From: Gammaproteobacteria bacterium
GTDB taxonomy: Bacteria; Pseudomonadota; Gammaproteobacteria; SG8-11
Assembly: GCA_031363085.1 (NCBI GenBank)
Contig: JANLTU010000196.1
Location: 53,585-117,584 of the forward strand
Direction of reading: 5' to 3'
Length of the DNA: 64,000 nucleotides
The position numbers and the translations under genes are program-made. Positions 38,332-48,375 of the stretch are shown in pieces. The number at the start of each line of letters is the position of its first letter. The stretch's first letter is position 1. A model generated the notes under the pieces. The model was not told where the DNA came from, ran no database searches, and saw only the letters and a program-made list of their open reading frames with translations.

Positions 38332-39450
38332 TCACACGCCACCGGCACGCAGCCGCGCCAGCGCGGCGCCCGTGTCGAGAACCGCACGCACCACATCCGC
38401 CGCCGCTGCCAGGGTTGCAAAGCGACCCACGTGCTGCAAGCACAGCGCGCCAGACAGAATTAAACTGTCACGCACCGGCCCCGCCGTACCTTCCAGCGCG
38501 GCAATTCCTGCGTGCGCCGCCGCGCGCGCCATCGCGTCGATGTCCACGGCGATGGCAATATCGTCGCCCGGACGCGCCGCCTGCGGCAGGTCCGCCGGCA
38601 GCGGTACACCCCGCGTGGTTTGCACAATCCCTAAGGTTTCGGGATTGATTTCGAAATCCTGTTCTTCACCTTTGTCGTGATACGCATACGCCTTACCGAC
38701 TTGGCGCAGCGAAGGAATAATGCCGCCTTCCACGCCACGCACCAGCAGCGCCGAGTCGAAACCCGCATGTCGGGCCAGCAACGCGTAAATACGCGGATAA
38801 GGTTTGTGCACATAGCCGGTGACGAGATGCGTTTTGCGTCGGCCTTGGATGGGACGCAACGCGATTTCCAAGGTTGTCAATACCGGCCGCTTCACGACCA
38901 GCGTGCGCAATCCGGTGAGCGCATGCAGCGCCGGGCAAAATGCATTTTGATCCAAAGATGCCCAGCCAATGTGCGGATCGCTCAGGCGCTGTGCCGCCTG
39001 TTGCACCGTCAAATCCACCGCCACGCCCGCCGCGCTCAACACACGCCGGTGCGTGCAGCCGTATTTCGGCCCCATGCTGGCGACGCCTTGCGTAATCGCG
39101 GGCACGCCGCAGGCCGCCAGCACCGCCGGCAAAAACGGCGCCGCCGGCAAGGTGCGGTTGTAACCGTCGTAGGGGTCGGCGATGTCAACCACCTCGTCGA
39201 CATCGGCGGTGACGCTTTCGGTTACGGCCAGCAAGGCATCCAACACACCACGCATTTCGTCGTCGGTTTCGCGCTTCATGCGCAGCGCGATCAGGAAAAT
39301 TGCCGCCTGCACCGGATGCGCGCTGCCATCGAGAATTGCGCGCATGCCGCCGGCCGCTTCCTCGCGCGTGATGTCCTTGCTGAGCTCCGGGCCGGTGGCG
39401 ATGCGTTGGATGATCGAACGCATTAACACTTGCGGGTCGGTGTTGTTCAC
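38332..39450 (-). CDS. TrpD-like (anthranilate phosphoribosyltransferase fold, TrpD2/YbiB-like) protein.
   Basis: N-terminal helical domain plus glycosyl-transferase-3 fold similarity. The canonical GTGGDG motif is degenerate (DIADPYDGYNRT), so it is probably not a bona fide TrpD. Confidence 0.5.
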   Translation of the reverse strand: MNNTDPQVLMRSIIQRIATGPELSKDITREEAAGGMRAILDGSAHPVQAAIFLIALRMKRETDDEMRGVLDALLAVTESVTADVDEVVDIADPYDGYNRTLPAAPFLPAVLAACGVPAITQGVASMGPKYGCTHRRVLSAAGVAVDLTVQQAAQRLSDPHIGWASLDQNAFCPALHALTGLRTLVVKRPVLTTLEIALRPIQGRRKTHLVTGYVHKPYPRIYALLARHAGFDSALLVRGVEGGIIPSLRQVGKAYAYHDKGEEQDFEINPETLGIVQTTRGVPLPADLPQAARPGDDIAIAVDIDAMARAAAHAGIAALEGTAGPVRDSLILSGALCLQHVGRFATLAAAADVVRAVLDTGAALARLRAGGV

Positions 39451-39770
39451 GAGTTCACTCCTAAATCTACATAAATGTCTTGCCCGTCCACCTTCACCGG
39501 ATAAATCCGCAAAGGCACGTCGGCCGGTTCGTCCAACACTGCGCCGCTGCGTAAATCAAAACGACTGCCGTGTAACGGGCATTTCAGCAGCTCGCCCTTC
39601 AACGAGCCCAGGCACAACGACGCCTCTTCGTGGGTGCACATTTCGTCGGCGGCGTAAATGGTGCCGGCGACATTTGCCAGCAACACACGCCGCTCCTGCG
39701 CCGACACACACTTCATCGTGCCGGGCGCAATGTCGCGCAGTGCCGCAACCTTGATGTAAGCCTCAGACAT
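39447..39770 (-). CDS. Rieske [2Fe-2S] ferredoxin-like protein.
   Basis: CTHEEASL…CPLHGSRFD (CxH…CxxH). Stop overlaps the downstream start. Confidence 0.8.
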   Translation of the reverse strand: MSEAYIKVAALRDIAPGTMKCVSAQERRVLLANVAGTIYAADEMCTHEEASLCLGSLKGELLKCPLHGSRFDLRSGAVLDEPADVPLRIYPVKVDGQDIYVDLGVNS

Positions 39771-39850
39771 AACGTTCCTTTACCGGAAAATTCAGAGCCT
39801 ATGGTAGCCGACGGCCGCCGTGCGCAACACCTACTCTTTCGGGCAGGGCG

Positions 39851-40672
39851 TCAGACTGAAAAATCCATTTCTTTGTCAGTGAAAGGACAACAAAAACGCA
39901 ACTGCACCGCGTTCAATTGCAGGCCGGCCGGACTCTTGTTGCCGCTGCCGTATTTGGGGTCGCCGATCACCGGGTGGCCCAGGCCCTGCAGATGACGGCG
40001 AATCTGGTGCAATCGGCCGGTGTCGATGACGACGTTCAAGATCGATGTGTCTGCGCCTGCGTCATAACCTTCCACGGTATATTCGGTGCGCGCGGTTTTT
40101 CCATCCAGCGGCGTGTCGATCACCCCCGATGCCGCCGTGAGCTGGCCGCGCACCTGCACCCAGTAACGTTTATAAATTGCGTTGTTTTGAAATAGCGCCG
40201 ACAAGCGCGCGGCGGCGTTCGGGCTGTGCGCCACCAGCATCAGGCCGGAGGCTTCGCGGTCCAGACGGTGCACCAAAAACACCGGGCGTGACATTTTAAA
40301 ATACAATTCGGCCTGCCGCAGCAACGCACAGTGGTCGCCTTCCATGGTCCCTTGCGCCAGCACCCCGCTGGGCTTGAACCAGACACTGTAGTGGTGCTCG
40401 TCGGCCACCAAGACACTGGCGCTGACCTGCTTGGCGAGCACTTCCTCGTTGTAGTGCAGTTCGAGTTTTTCGCCGGCGTTCAAGGTTGCCGTGGCGCGCC
40501 GCAGACGCTGCATCGGTCCGCTGGACGGCACCCGCCACACCGCACCTTTATTCATAGCGTCCTTGATTTTCCCTTTCGAAAAACCCGAGCGTGTCGCCAA
40601 CAGCTCGCAGGCGCTGGCGGTTTCAGCAGTCGCTACCGTGTGGCTAATAATGCGTGTTGCACTCATCGTCAT
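39851..40672 (-). CDS. RluA-family pseudouridine synthase.
   Basis: Catalytic motif VHRLDREASGLMLVAHS (HRLD…SG). Confidence 0.8.
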   Translation of the reverse strand: MTMSATRIISHTVATAETASACELLATRSGFSKGKIKDAMNKGAVWRVPSSGPMQRLRRATATLNAGEKLELHYNEEVLAKQVSASVLVADEHHYSVWFKPSGVLAQGTMEGDHCALLRQAELYFKMSRPVFLVHRLDREASGLMLVAHSPNAAARLSALFQNNAIYKRYWVQVRGQLTAASGVIDTPLDGKTARTEYTVEGYDAGADTSILNVVIDTGRLHQIRRHLQGLGHPVIGDPKYGSGNKSPAGLQLNAVQLRFCCPFTDKEMDFSV

Positions 40673-41274
40673 TGCAGATCCAGTCGCTTCGTGAGGTGTC
40701 TATCGTAAATCAATATCATGGATTCACGCCGTGCCTCGACACTCAAGACGTGCTCACGCCGCCGTTGCGCGTCAAGCAGATGAATCACCCGCACGCCACG
40801 CAACACCAATGCATCGGCGATCAAACGCCGGTGACAGTTTTCCGGCAACTGCTCAGCGCAGAGGATTGCGGTCGGTGCGCGCCGCGCAAGATTCAATAAT
40901 TGCGCAACACCGCGCTCGAATTCCGGCGTGCCCATGTGATCCGCAAAACCTCGCGAGGCGGCATCCGGCAGCGCCACATGCGGCGAATCGGCTTGCGCCT
41001 GACGCTGCCCGCCCAGTGCGCGCCCGGCCCAATGGTACGTCACCTGCGCCGCGTTCAATGCAGCACGTAGCGCGTCTTGACTAAAATGCGGATAACGCGA
41101 TGAATGCGCAACGGCCCGCACGTCGACCACGCAGGTCACTTGTGCGGCGGTGATGATTTCCAGAAAAACCTCGGCGCTGTGACGACTATGGCCAACGGTG
41201 AACAGGGTGTCTATGCCACTCATGGTGTTTTCAACAGACTCGATTTCTGCATAGTTTTTTTGAAGCTCGGGCAA
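40669..41274 (-). CDS. DUF488-family protein.
   Basis: LFTVGHSRHS…VVDVR…PHFSQDAL pattern typical of DUF488. Overlaps the start of the downstream gene. Confidence 0.55.
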   Translation of the reverse strand: MPELQKNYAEIESVENTMSGIDTLFTVGHSRHSAEVFLEIITAAQVTCVVDVRAVAHSSRYPHFSQDALRAALNAAQVTYHWAGRALGGQRQAQADSPHVALPDAASRGFADHMGTPEFERGVAQLLNLARRAPTAILCAEQLPENCHRRLIADALVLRGVRVIHLLDAQRRREHVLSVEARRESMILIYDRHLTKRLDLQ

Positions 41275-41433
41275 GCGAATACAGACGGCTGGCGAGCAGC
41301 ATAGCGATTATCCCACTGCATCGACAACACATATGGGCGTGGCCAAAGCGCCCTTCAACTCAGGCTCAAGATTCCCTGCTGCCTACCGTAAACACCGTCA
41401 AGCGTTGTTGATCGTTCATTCCAGGAGCCCCCC

Positions 41434-42279
41434 ATGCACAGCCGATTTCTACTCGTCGCATTCGCAAGCCTCGTTGCCTTGCTCGCCTTGCCCGGCAATG
41501 CGGACAGCACCGCAGACTCATCCAAGAACACTCTAGTGTTCGGCGTGGTGCCACAACAATCAGCCGAAAAGCTGGCACTGGTGTGGAATCCCTTCCTGGA
41601 ATATCTCAGCGATAAAAGCGGACAGCGTATTATATTTGGCTCCGCGCCGGACATCGAAACATTCAATAAACAGGCCGCAAACGGTGATTTTGATCTGGTC
41701 TATATAGACCCGCTGGTTTACACCGCAGTCCACTACGCCGTGGGTTACCAAGTATTCGCCAAAGAAAAAGATACGCAACTAACTGGCATACTGGTGGTGC
41801 AGAAAAGCAGTCCCTATCAAAAACTTGAAGACCTTATCGGAAAAACCATCGCCTTTCCCGGCCCGAATGCATTCGCGGCCACCCTGCTGCCGTTGGCAGA
41901 ATTTAAAACCAAAGGGATCAACATTGCGCCGGTTTATATCGGCTCGCACGAAGGCGTGTACAACGACGTTGCGCGCGGCCTGTATGTCGCCGGCGGCGGA
42001 GTGGCTAAAACATTGGCGCAAACCGACAGCATGGTGCGCAACGAACTACGCGTCTTGTGGACCAGTGACAACTACACCCCGCACCCGTTTGCCGCCCACC
42101 CGCGCGTCGACCCTGCCTTGGTTCAGCGCTTGGCAAAAATTATGTTTGAGCTTGATCAGGACGAACGCGGCAAAAAATTGTTAAAAGAACTGCGCTTTCA
42201 CAGCTTTGTTTCCGCCCAAGACCAGGAATACGAAAAGCACCGATCCCTGCGTAAATCATATACAACTATGGGAGAGTAG
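41434..42279 (+). CDS. PhnD-like phosphonate/phosphite ABC substrate-binding protein. No ATPase or permease adjacent.
   Basis: Signal peptide. LVFGVVPQQSAEKLALVWNPFLEYLS…DFDLVYIDP resembles the PhnD/SsuA-type SBP. Confidence 0.75.
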   Translation: MHSRFLLVAFASLVALLALPGNADSTADSSKNTLVFGVVPQQSAEKLALVWNPFLEYLSDKSGQRIIFGSAPDIETFNKQAANGDFDLVYIDPLVYTAVHYAVGYQVFAKEKDTQLTGILVVQKSSPYQKLEDLIGKTIAFPGPNAFAATLLPLAEFKTKGINIAPVYIGSHEGVYNDVARGLYVAGGGVAKTLAQTDSMVRNELRVLWTSDNYTPHPFAAHPRVDPALVQRLAKIMFELDQDERGKKLLKELRFHSFVSAQDQEYEKHRSLRKSYTTMGE

Positions 42280-42414
42280 CAGTGCGAATCTCGGTGAGTT
42301 GATACCTCGCGCCGCCCTCGCAGAACCGGACTTGGGTGAGTTACACCATCCGGCTCCCAGCCTGAGTCATCCACAGTGGTTTGGGGTAGAGATTGTGTTG
42401 GATGCGCAGTGAAG

Positions 42415-42465
42415 CTTATTCGCGTCGGCGCTGGCTTTGCGCCGGGTCGTGGCATCCAGCCTGAC
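42415..42465. repeat. Solo copy of the REP-like hairpin element also found at 23466-23590.
   Basis: cgtcggcgctggctttgcgccgggtcgtggcatcc. Stem changes relative to the other locus are compensatory (cggtgc/gcaccg versus cggcgc/gcgccg). Confidence 0.5.
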
Positions 42466-42474
42466 AGGACTTGA

Positions 42475-42825
42475 CTAAATCGCTCCCACGTCACGCCGCG
42501 CCGCTGACTGCGAGAGCTGGGCGAGCGTGAGAATCTCATGCGCCGTTGAGGTGATCAGCACGGCGTACTCGTAACGCGCGGTGGGGAGGTCGCTCTCGAT
42601 GAAGGCGAGCTGACCTTGATCCTCGTCCTTGCCGGTGATCAGCAGCTCGCCGCGAAGCTTTCTGCGCAACACCACCACGCGCCGGGCGCGACTCCAGCCG
42701 GACAACGTCAACGCGTCTTCTAAACCTTCCCAGCCTTGCCCGGCGTCTTCCCAGAGGTTAATGCAACAACGCAAGCCTGACCCAGTCCCAACACACCCAC
42801 AGAGCGCGATGGCCCTGCCCCGCAA
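42475..42825 (-). other. Short ORF, possible gene fragment of unknown origin.
   Basis: Protein-like C-terminal stretch (…VVVLRRKLRGELLITGKDEDQGQLAFIESDLPTARYEYAVLITSTAHEILTLAQL). It lies between a solo REP-like repeat and a truncated gene. No assignable family. Confidence 0.2.
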
Positions 42826-42873
42826 CCGGATCGCTTGTTCCCGATCCGGCGGAGGTCAGGGTCGGGCTCATGG

Positions 42874-45322
42874 TTACGGCAGACCGATCACCGGGACCGG
42901 GGTGGCAGAGCCGTTCGTAGTCCCATTCCCAAGCTGGCCGGAGCTGTTAACCCCCCAGCACTGGACCGTGCCGCTGTCGAGCAGGGCGCAGCTATGGCCG
43001 ATGGAAGAATTACCGCCGGCTGCAACGGCAGTGGCGGTAGTGATGCCGCTCACCTGCACCGGGGTGGAGGAGGCGGTCGTGGTCCCATTCCCAAGCTGAC
43101 CATAGCCGTTAGCCCCCCAGCACCAGACCGTGCCATTTTTTAGGGCGCAGGTATGGGCATCACCAGCCACCACGCTCGATCCGCCGGTGCCAATGCTCGG
43201 CGTGGCCGACACCTCGCTCGACTCCACGCTCTCGCCGCTGGCGTTCAGCGCGGTCACGACAAAATAGTACGTCGTGCCGTTGGTCAGCCCGGTATCGATG
43301 TAGGCACTGGTGACGCCGGTGTGCTTCATGCCACCCGTCAGGGTCGCGTAGTTGCTCTTGGTCACGCCGGCGACCGAGGCCATGTAGAGGTTATAACTGG
43401 TCGCGCCCGACACCGGACTCCAGGAGATGGACACCAGCGTGTTGCCGGGAACGGCGCTAACGCCCGTGGGTGCGGATGGCGGCGACGCGGGGGGCGCGAT
43501 GACCACTGTGAACGGCCTGCTCGCCGTCTTCACCGGTGCGGAACTGTCCTGCGCCTGGATCGTGAAGGTAAAGGTACCGGTTGTTGAGGGAGTGCCGCTG
43601 ATTTGGCCGGTCGCAGCGTTGAGTATCAGTCCCGTCGGCAAGCTCCCTGTCAGCACGCTCCACGCATAGGGCGCGGTGCCGTTGGCGGCGGACAGACTTG
43701 CGGAGTAGGACGTGCCGACCACCCCGGACGGAAGCGAGAGTGTGCCAGTACTAAACGGGGGTGGCGTCGTCACGAGGATACTGAACGGTGTACTCGCGGT
43801 TTGTGCCGGTGCCGAGCTGTCCTGCACCTGGAACGTGCCGCTGAACGTACCCGCGGCCGTGGGTGTGCCGCTGATCTGGCCGGTCGTGCTGTCGAGTGTC
43901 AGACCCGTGGGCAGAGCGCCGGAGAAACTCCACGCGTAGGGTTTCGTTCCGTTGCTGGCGGCCAGCCGCGCGCTGTAGGGCGTGCCGACGACGCCGCGCG
44001 GAAGCGGCCGCGCGGTCATCTGCAGCAGGGCCGGCACGGTCTCGATGCAAGGCGACAGCGTGGCATCGGCGGTGTAGGGGCCGATGTTTGCAGTTTTCGT
44101 GACCGGCTTTTTATCACGGTCTAAAAATGTCACGCTCAGTGTCGCCAGCGCATCGCGACGCACCGCAACGCCGAAGTTCCCTGCGGCGTCGGTGAATGTG
44201 GTGGCCGTGCCGGAATAATTGATGCCCTCGGATTTCACCTGCGCGTTGACCACCGGCTGATTCGCGGTATCGTGCACACAGCCACTGACCACCACTGTGT
44301 TCAGTTTCTGATCGGCGTTCCAGTAACCGAAGCGGGCGACCGAGCCGACGTACGCCTGGTTGGGCGCGGTGCCTTCGAGTCTAGCGACGCCTTCTTCGGT
44401 CCAACGGCCGGTCGCTGCATTAAAGATCAACATCGGATGCTCGCTGGCGGCGCGGCCGAGAGGGTGCCGACCGGAATGCGCACACCGGCCGTCTGTCCAG
44501 GGTATAGCGTGTGCCTTTGTCGTCGCGCACGTCGATCAGTAGCGCACCGAAACTTTCGATGGGCACCGGGGAACCCCCGCCAGCGAGCACCGCAGTGTAA
44601 TCTCCCGGCATCACGCCGGTATCCAGCGCCGGATTGATCGGCGTCACGGCCACGTTCACGCTGGCCGCCACCGCGCCACCGGCCGCCGGTACCAGACCAC
44701 CCGCCGGAATGCTGACCTGCGCGCTGGAGTTGGGTACGGTCACGGTGCCGCCGACGGCGGCAAGGAGGGATTGCGTTACGCCGACGGGCAGCAGTTGCAC
44801 GTCGAGTGCCGCCGTTTGCCCAACGGTCACGCGGGCAACTTGAAAGGTTTCGGCGAAGCCTGCGGTCTCCACAGAAATGACGACTCGCTCACCCAAGTCT
44901 GTGGTCAAGCTGTAGCTCCCGTCCGCCGCTGCGGTCACGACGGTCGCACCTGCGCGTATCGTAGCGCCGGACAGAGTCGCACCCGTCGCCGCCGACACGA
45001 CCGTACCCGTAATCGTGCCCGTCAGCAGTTGCGGAAGCTCAGTGTTTTGCTGAGGGTCACCGCTTTTGCCGCCGCCACAGCCCGCCGTCAACAGTAAAGA
45101 CACCAGCGCTACACTGAACCACCCAAGCCTTTTTATATTCATGATTGCACTTCCCCCTGTGAGCACCCCATAGGATTCGACGCTGATGTTCGAACAGCGC
45201 GAGCAAGCGGTCATTGAAGTCGAATGCGTGACGAAAAGTAATAATGAAAGGGGACAGATTTTTACAGTACGCACTTTTTCAATTGGAAATAAATCTGTCC
45301 CGTTTCTCCGTAAAGCAGACAC
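42874..45322 (-). pseudogene. Disrupted gene for a lipoprotein with a carboxypeptidase-regulatory-like domain, putative-Ig (He_PIG-like) domains, FN3 and RCC1 repeats. It is frameshifted near 44430-44480 and ends after only two RCC1 blades.
   Basis: ORF 44420-45322 (lipobox LLLTAGC; GTITGTVV…DGSYSL) ends in a nonsense tail (RRPVCAFRSAPSRPRRQRASDVDL). A third frame reads plausibly across the junction. ORF 42874-44433 carries two YxWSxxGxLP-type Ig domains, an FN3 (…ISWSPVSGATSYNLY…), then only two RCC1 repeats (GDAHTCAL…WCWGANGYGQLG / GHSCALL…QCWGVNSSGQLG) before the stop. Confidence 0.5.
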
Positions 45323-45368
45323 GCACGGCGCTTGCTCGTAGGTCTACGAAATCACAAATCCAGGCACT

Positions 45369-45560
45369 TCAGAAATATCTTCTCGACTTTTTGAACACCA
45401 GCTTTTGGCCGCAAGCACGCAGCCACACTGCACCCAAAGGTCGGTGCGCTATTTTGAGCATCGAAATCGAATCTATCCGCGCGTCCAGCGCGGTTTCGCT
45501 GTCGCCAACTTCGACGATGAGGATATCGTGCGGTGCTAGATAATTGGGTGCGTCGCACAA
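45369..45560 (-). pseudogene. Duplicated 3' fragment of the adjacent prmB gene.
   Basis: The translation …[29 protein letters not shown]… parallels the PrmB C-terminus …[29 protein letters not shown]…. Confidence 0.55.
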
Positions 45561-45615
45561 TCCGCAGCGCGAATTGTGGCCGTCCTTCCCGGTGCCGTGG
45601 CGAAGCGGCGGCAAC

Positions 45616-45905
45616 CTACTGACCAAATAAATCGGAGTGCGTACCGGTGCGCTCGAAGCACACGGCGTCACCATCGATGCGGTAAATCAACAACCCGTCG
45701 GGTTCGATATGTAGATCGCGCTTTGGCTTCCACTTGCCTTTCAGCGGATGGTCACTTAGCTCGCGCGGTAGAGGATGGTCGGCCAATAGCAGGCCGATAA
45801 CGCGGCGCAGTTTAGCCATGTTCTTGCCGCGCTTCTCAGCCCGCTTTACGTCGCGTTTAAACTAGCCAGCTTGCCGAACGCAATCAGATACCCAGCTTTT
45901 TGAAC
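45616..45905 (-). pseudogene. Frameshifted YafQ/RelE-family type II toxin remnant.
   Basis: The 3' part …LLADHPLPRELSDHPLKGKWKPKRDLHIEPDGLLIYRIDGDAVCFERTGTHSDLFG matches the YafQ core (DHPL.G.W…RD.HI.PD.LLIY…FERTGTH..LF). The upstream in-frame stretch FKRDVKRAEKRGKNMAKL… is preceded by TAG. Another frame gives …GYLIAFGKLAS…, consistent with the YafQ N-terminus. No DinJ-like antitoxin ORF is evident. Confidence 0.55.
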
Positions 45906-45955
45906 AGGTCTGCCGCGCTGGAAGCGTGAAACACGTCTTCTCCTTAACCAGTCGC

Positions 45956-46924
45956 TTATTTCTTGGCTTTCTTCGCAACAAAATCCTTCGCATATTTTTT
46001 AAGTTGCGCTGCCGTCAGCATGAACACGCCACCGCCGCCGCGTTCGAATTCGATCCAGGTGAACGGGACTTTGGGAAAGCGTTCGACCAGTGCGTGTTCG
46101 CTGTCGCCGACTTCGACGATGAGGATGCCGTGCGGCGCGAGATACTCGGCTGCGTCACGCAGGATACGCAGCGCAAATTGCAGGCCGTCCTTGCCGGCCT
46201 CCAAACCCAGTGCCGGTTCTTGATGATATTCCGGCGGCAAGGCGGCCATCTCGGCCGTGGTGACATAGGGTGGATTGCTGACGATCACGTCGTAGCGTTT
46301 TTTGGGCACGGCATTGAATAAATCAGAGCGATGCAGATGCACCCGCTCGTCCACGCCATGCTTGTCGACGTTGATGCGCGCCACCGCCAAGGCGTCCGGC
46401 GAAATATCAACACCGTCCACCTGCGCGGCGGGGAATTCCACCGCGCAAGCGATGGCGATGCAGCCGCTGCCGGTGCATAAATCCAGCATGCGCGTGACGC
46501 GCTCAGCGGCGATCCACGGTGCAAAACGATGCTGAATTAATTCTGCAAACGGTGAGCGTGGCACCAGCACGCGCGCGTCGACAAAAAACGGCAGCCCGGC
46601 GAACCAGGCTTCGTGCGTGAGGTAGGCGGCGGGCATGCGCTTGGCAATGCGCTGTTCGAAGATGCTCAGGATGGAGATTTTTTCCGCGTCGGTCAGGCGC
46701 GTGCCCAGCAACCCTTGCGCGGCTTCATACGGCAAGTGCAGCACGCTCAACACCAAACCAGCGGCTTCATCCACCGCGTTGTCGGTGCCGTGTCCGAACA
46801 CCAGACCCGCTTCATTAAAGCGGCTCGCGCCCCAGCGAATGAAGTCTTGAATCGTGAGCAGTTGTTGTTGCGCGTCGGCGCCGAATTTCATGAGGTAGGA
46901 TCCTGTAGTGGCATGACGTGCCAC
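45956..46924 (-). CDS. prmB: Ribosomal protein L3 Gln N5-methyltransferase (HemK/PrmB family).
   Basis: SAM-binding [13 protein letters not shown], substrate-binding VIVSNPPYV, PrmB-type N-terminal region. Lys-rich C-terminal tail. Confidence 0.85.
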   Translation of the reverse strand: MARHATTGSYLMKFGADAQQQLLTIQDFIRWGASRFNEAGLVFGHGTDNAVDEAAGLVLSVLHLPYEAAQGLLGTRLTDAEKISILSIFEQRIAKRMPAAYLTHEAWFAGLPFFVDARVLVPRSPFAELIQHRFAPWIAAERVTRMLDLCTGSGCIAIACAVEFPAAQVDGVDISPDALAVARINVDKHGVDERVHLHRSDLFNAVPKKRYDVIVSNPPYVTTAEMAALPPEYHQEPALGLEAGKDGLQFALRILRDAAEYLAPHGILIVEVGDSEHALVERFPKVPFTWIEFERGGGGVFMLTAAQLKKYAKDFVAKKAKK

Positions 46925-47009
46925 GAAGCATTGGGGATTTGGAAAGACGTGTCAATGCAGTCAAAACCCCAAGGCGGATAAACTCCGCCGCGCACCTGCC
47001 GATAACCCG

Positions 47010-47567
47010 GTGCACCCCGACGCTAAACGGATTCTTCTTACCCTGCTTATGCGAAAACCATTTTTGAAAGCATTACTGTGTGGCGCGCTGTGCGTGCTGG
47101 GCTCTGCGCACGCGGCCTTGCCCGAACCGCCCAAGCAAATGCAGGTGCGCGTGATCGGCGTGAACGACGGCGATACGCTCACGGTGGTGGACAGCAAACA
47201 AAAAACCTACATCGTGCAATTGGACGGTATCGATGCGCCGGAAGCCGGGCAGCCCTACGGCGAGGCTTCGAAAAAACATCTGGAGCGCCGCATTCTAAAA
47301 AAGAATGTGGTGCTGATGTGGCACAAGACCGGCAAAGACGGCGCGTTGATCGCCAAGGTATTGCTCAACAACGGCGACATCAACCAACTGCAACTGCGCA
47401 CCGGTTCGGCGTGGGCGACCAGCACACTTTCAGTGAATGTCAGCGGCAACGACACCGGCCGCTACACCAGCGCGCAAGCGCACGCCAAAGAAAAAAGTCT
47501 GGGCTTGTGGCGCGATGAAAATGCGATTGCACCCTGGGATTGGCGCAAGCAGCACGAAGCCAAATAG
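47010..47567 (+). CDS. Secreted thermonuclease (SNase-like) family protein.
   Basis: Signal peptide. VIGVNDGDTLTVV…VQLDGIDAPEAGQPYG is the SNase Ca-site/active-site pattern. Confidence 0.85.
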   Translation: MHPDAKRILLTLLMRKPFLKALLCGALCVLGSAHAALPEPPKQMQVRVIGVNDGDTLTVVDSKQKTYIVQLDGIDAPEAGQPYGEASKKHLERRILKKNVVLMWHKTGKDGALIAKVLLNNGDINQLQLRTGSAWATSTLSVNVSGNDTGRYTSAQAHAKEKSLGLWRDENAIAPWDWRKQHEAK

Positions 47568-47592
47568 GGTTGGCGCGCTCAGAGCGCAAGTG

Positions 47593-48048
47593 TTAAGCGT
47601 CAATGGTTACCGCTGCGCCGCGTTTGATCAGGCCGTTTGAGAGAATGTCTGCCCGGAGGCCGGCACGATGGAGAAACCGTTTGACGACCGCTGCCGGAGT
47701 AAGCTCGGCAGAAGCCAGTAGCGTACCCAAATGCAAGCACGGTTCACACAGCTCAACACCCTTTAACCTGACACTCCCGACGCTGAATTCCTTTCCGACC
47801 AGTGCGTTCAGTCGCACCCCGCGAGTTACAAGGTTCCGATAAGTCATGGCGAGATCGGGTAGACGTGCGTATTCCCGGGAAAAAGCTTCGATTTCCTCGG
47901 CTTCAATGAGTGTGATGTTTTGCCCTGGATAATCATGGCGCGCAAAGTTGCGATCACCTTCGATGCCAGAGTTGGCAACGGCAACTACGCTGTCCTGTGC
48001 CAGTTGCGAACTGCCTGAGGTCGAACGGATGTAGATACGCTCAATCAT
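47593..48048 (-). CDS. MOSC-domain protein (YiiM-like). The ORF is open to 48096.
   Basis: …ANSGIEGDRNFARHDYPGQNITLIEAEE…GVELCEPCLHLG. The conserved Cys near the C-terminus is typical of MOSC domains. Confidence 0.65.
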   Translation of the reverse strand: MIERIYIRSTSGSSQLAQDSVVAVANSGIEGDRNFARHDYPGQNITLIEAEEIEAFSREYARLPDLAMTYRNLVTRGVRLNALVGKEFSVGSVRLKGVELCEPCLHLGTLLASAELTPAAVVKRFLHRAGLRADILSNGLIKRGAAVTIDA

Positions 48049-48114
48049 TACGAAAACTCTCCTGACACCCAGCGGCCTGATCGATACTAACAACACGACG
48101 CAGCCGAATCACAC

Positions 48115-48372
48115 TCACCCGCCACTCAAAGCCTGCACCAGATACACCGCATCGGTGGGGAGCAGCGGGTGTCTTAAATCGAACACCTGTTCGCCGTTAA
48201 CGAAAAAACGCATCTGCCCACGCATCTGGTGTTGTTCGTCAACCACGCGAAAGCGCAAGCCGGGATAACGCCGGTCGAGATCAGCCAGCAGCTCGGCAAG
48301 CGTCGCGCCACTTGCGTCAACCTCCGACGCCTTGGTGTAAGACTGCAACGAGCTTGGGATCAGCACCTTCAT
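48115..48372 (-). CDS. MoaD/ThiS-family sulfur-carrier protein.
   Basis: 85 aa beta-grasp-sized protein ending in the diagnostic …ALSGG. Confidence 0.75.
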   Translation of the reverse strand: MKVLIPSSLQSYTKASEVDASGATLAELLADLDRRYPGLRFRVVDEQHQMRGQMRFFVNGEQVFDLRHPLLPTDAVYLVQALSGG

Positions 48373-48375
48373 CGA

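Noticed and set aside
38677..39426. 249-aa plus-strand ORF antisense to the TrpD-like gene.
   Set aside because: Arg/His-rich low-complexity translation. The opposite-strand gene is better supported.
45926..46321. 131-aa plus-strand ORF, and those at 45963-46223 and 46302-46535, opposite prmB.
   Set aside because: Antisense to a gene with canonical NPPY and SAM-binding motifs.
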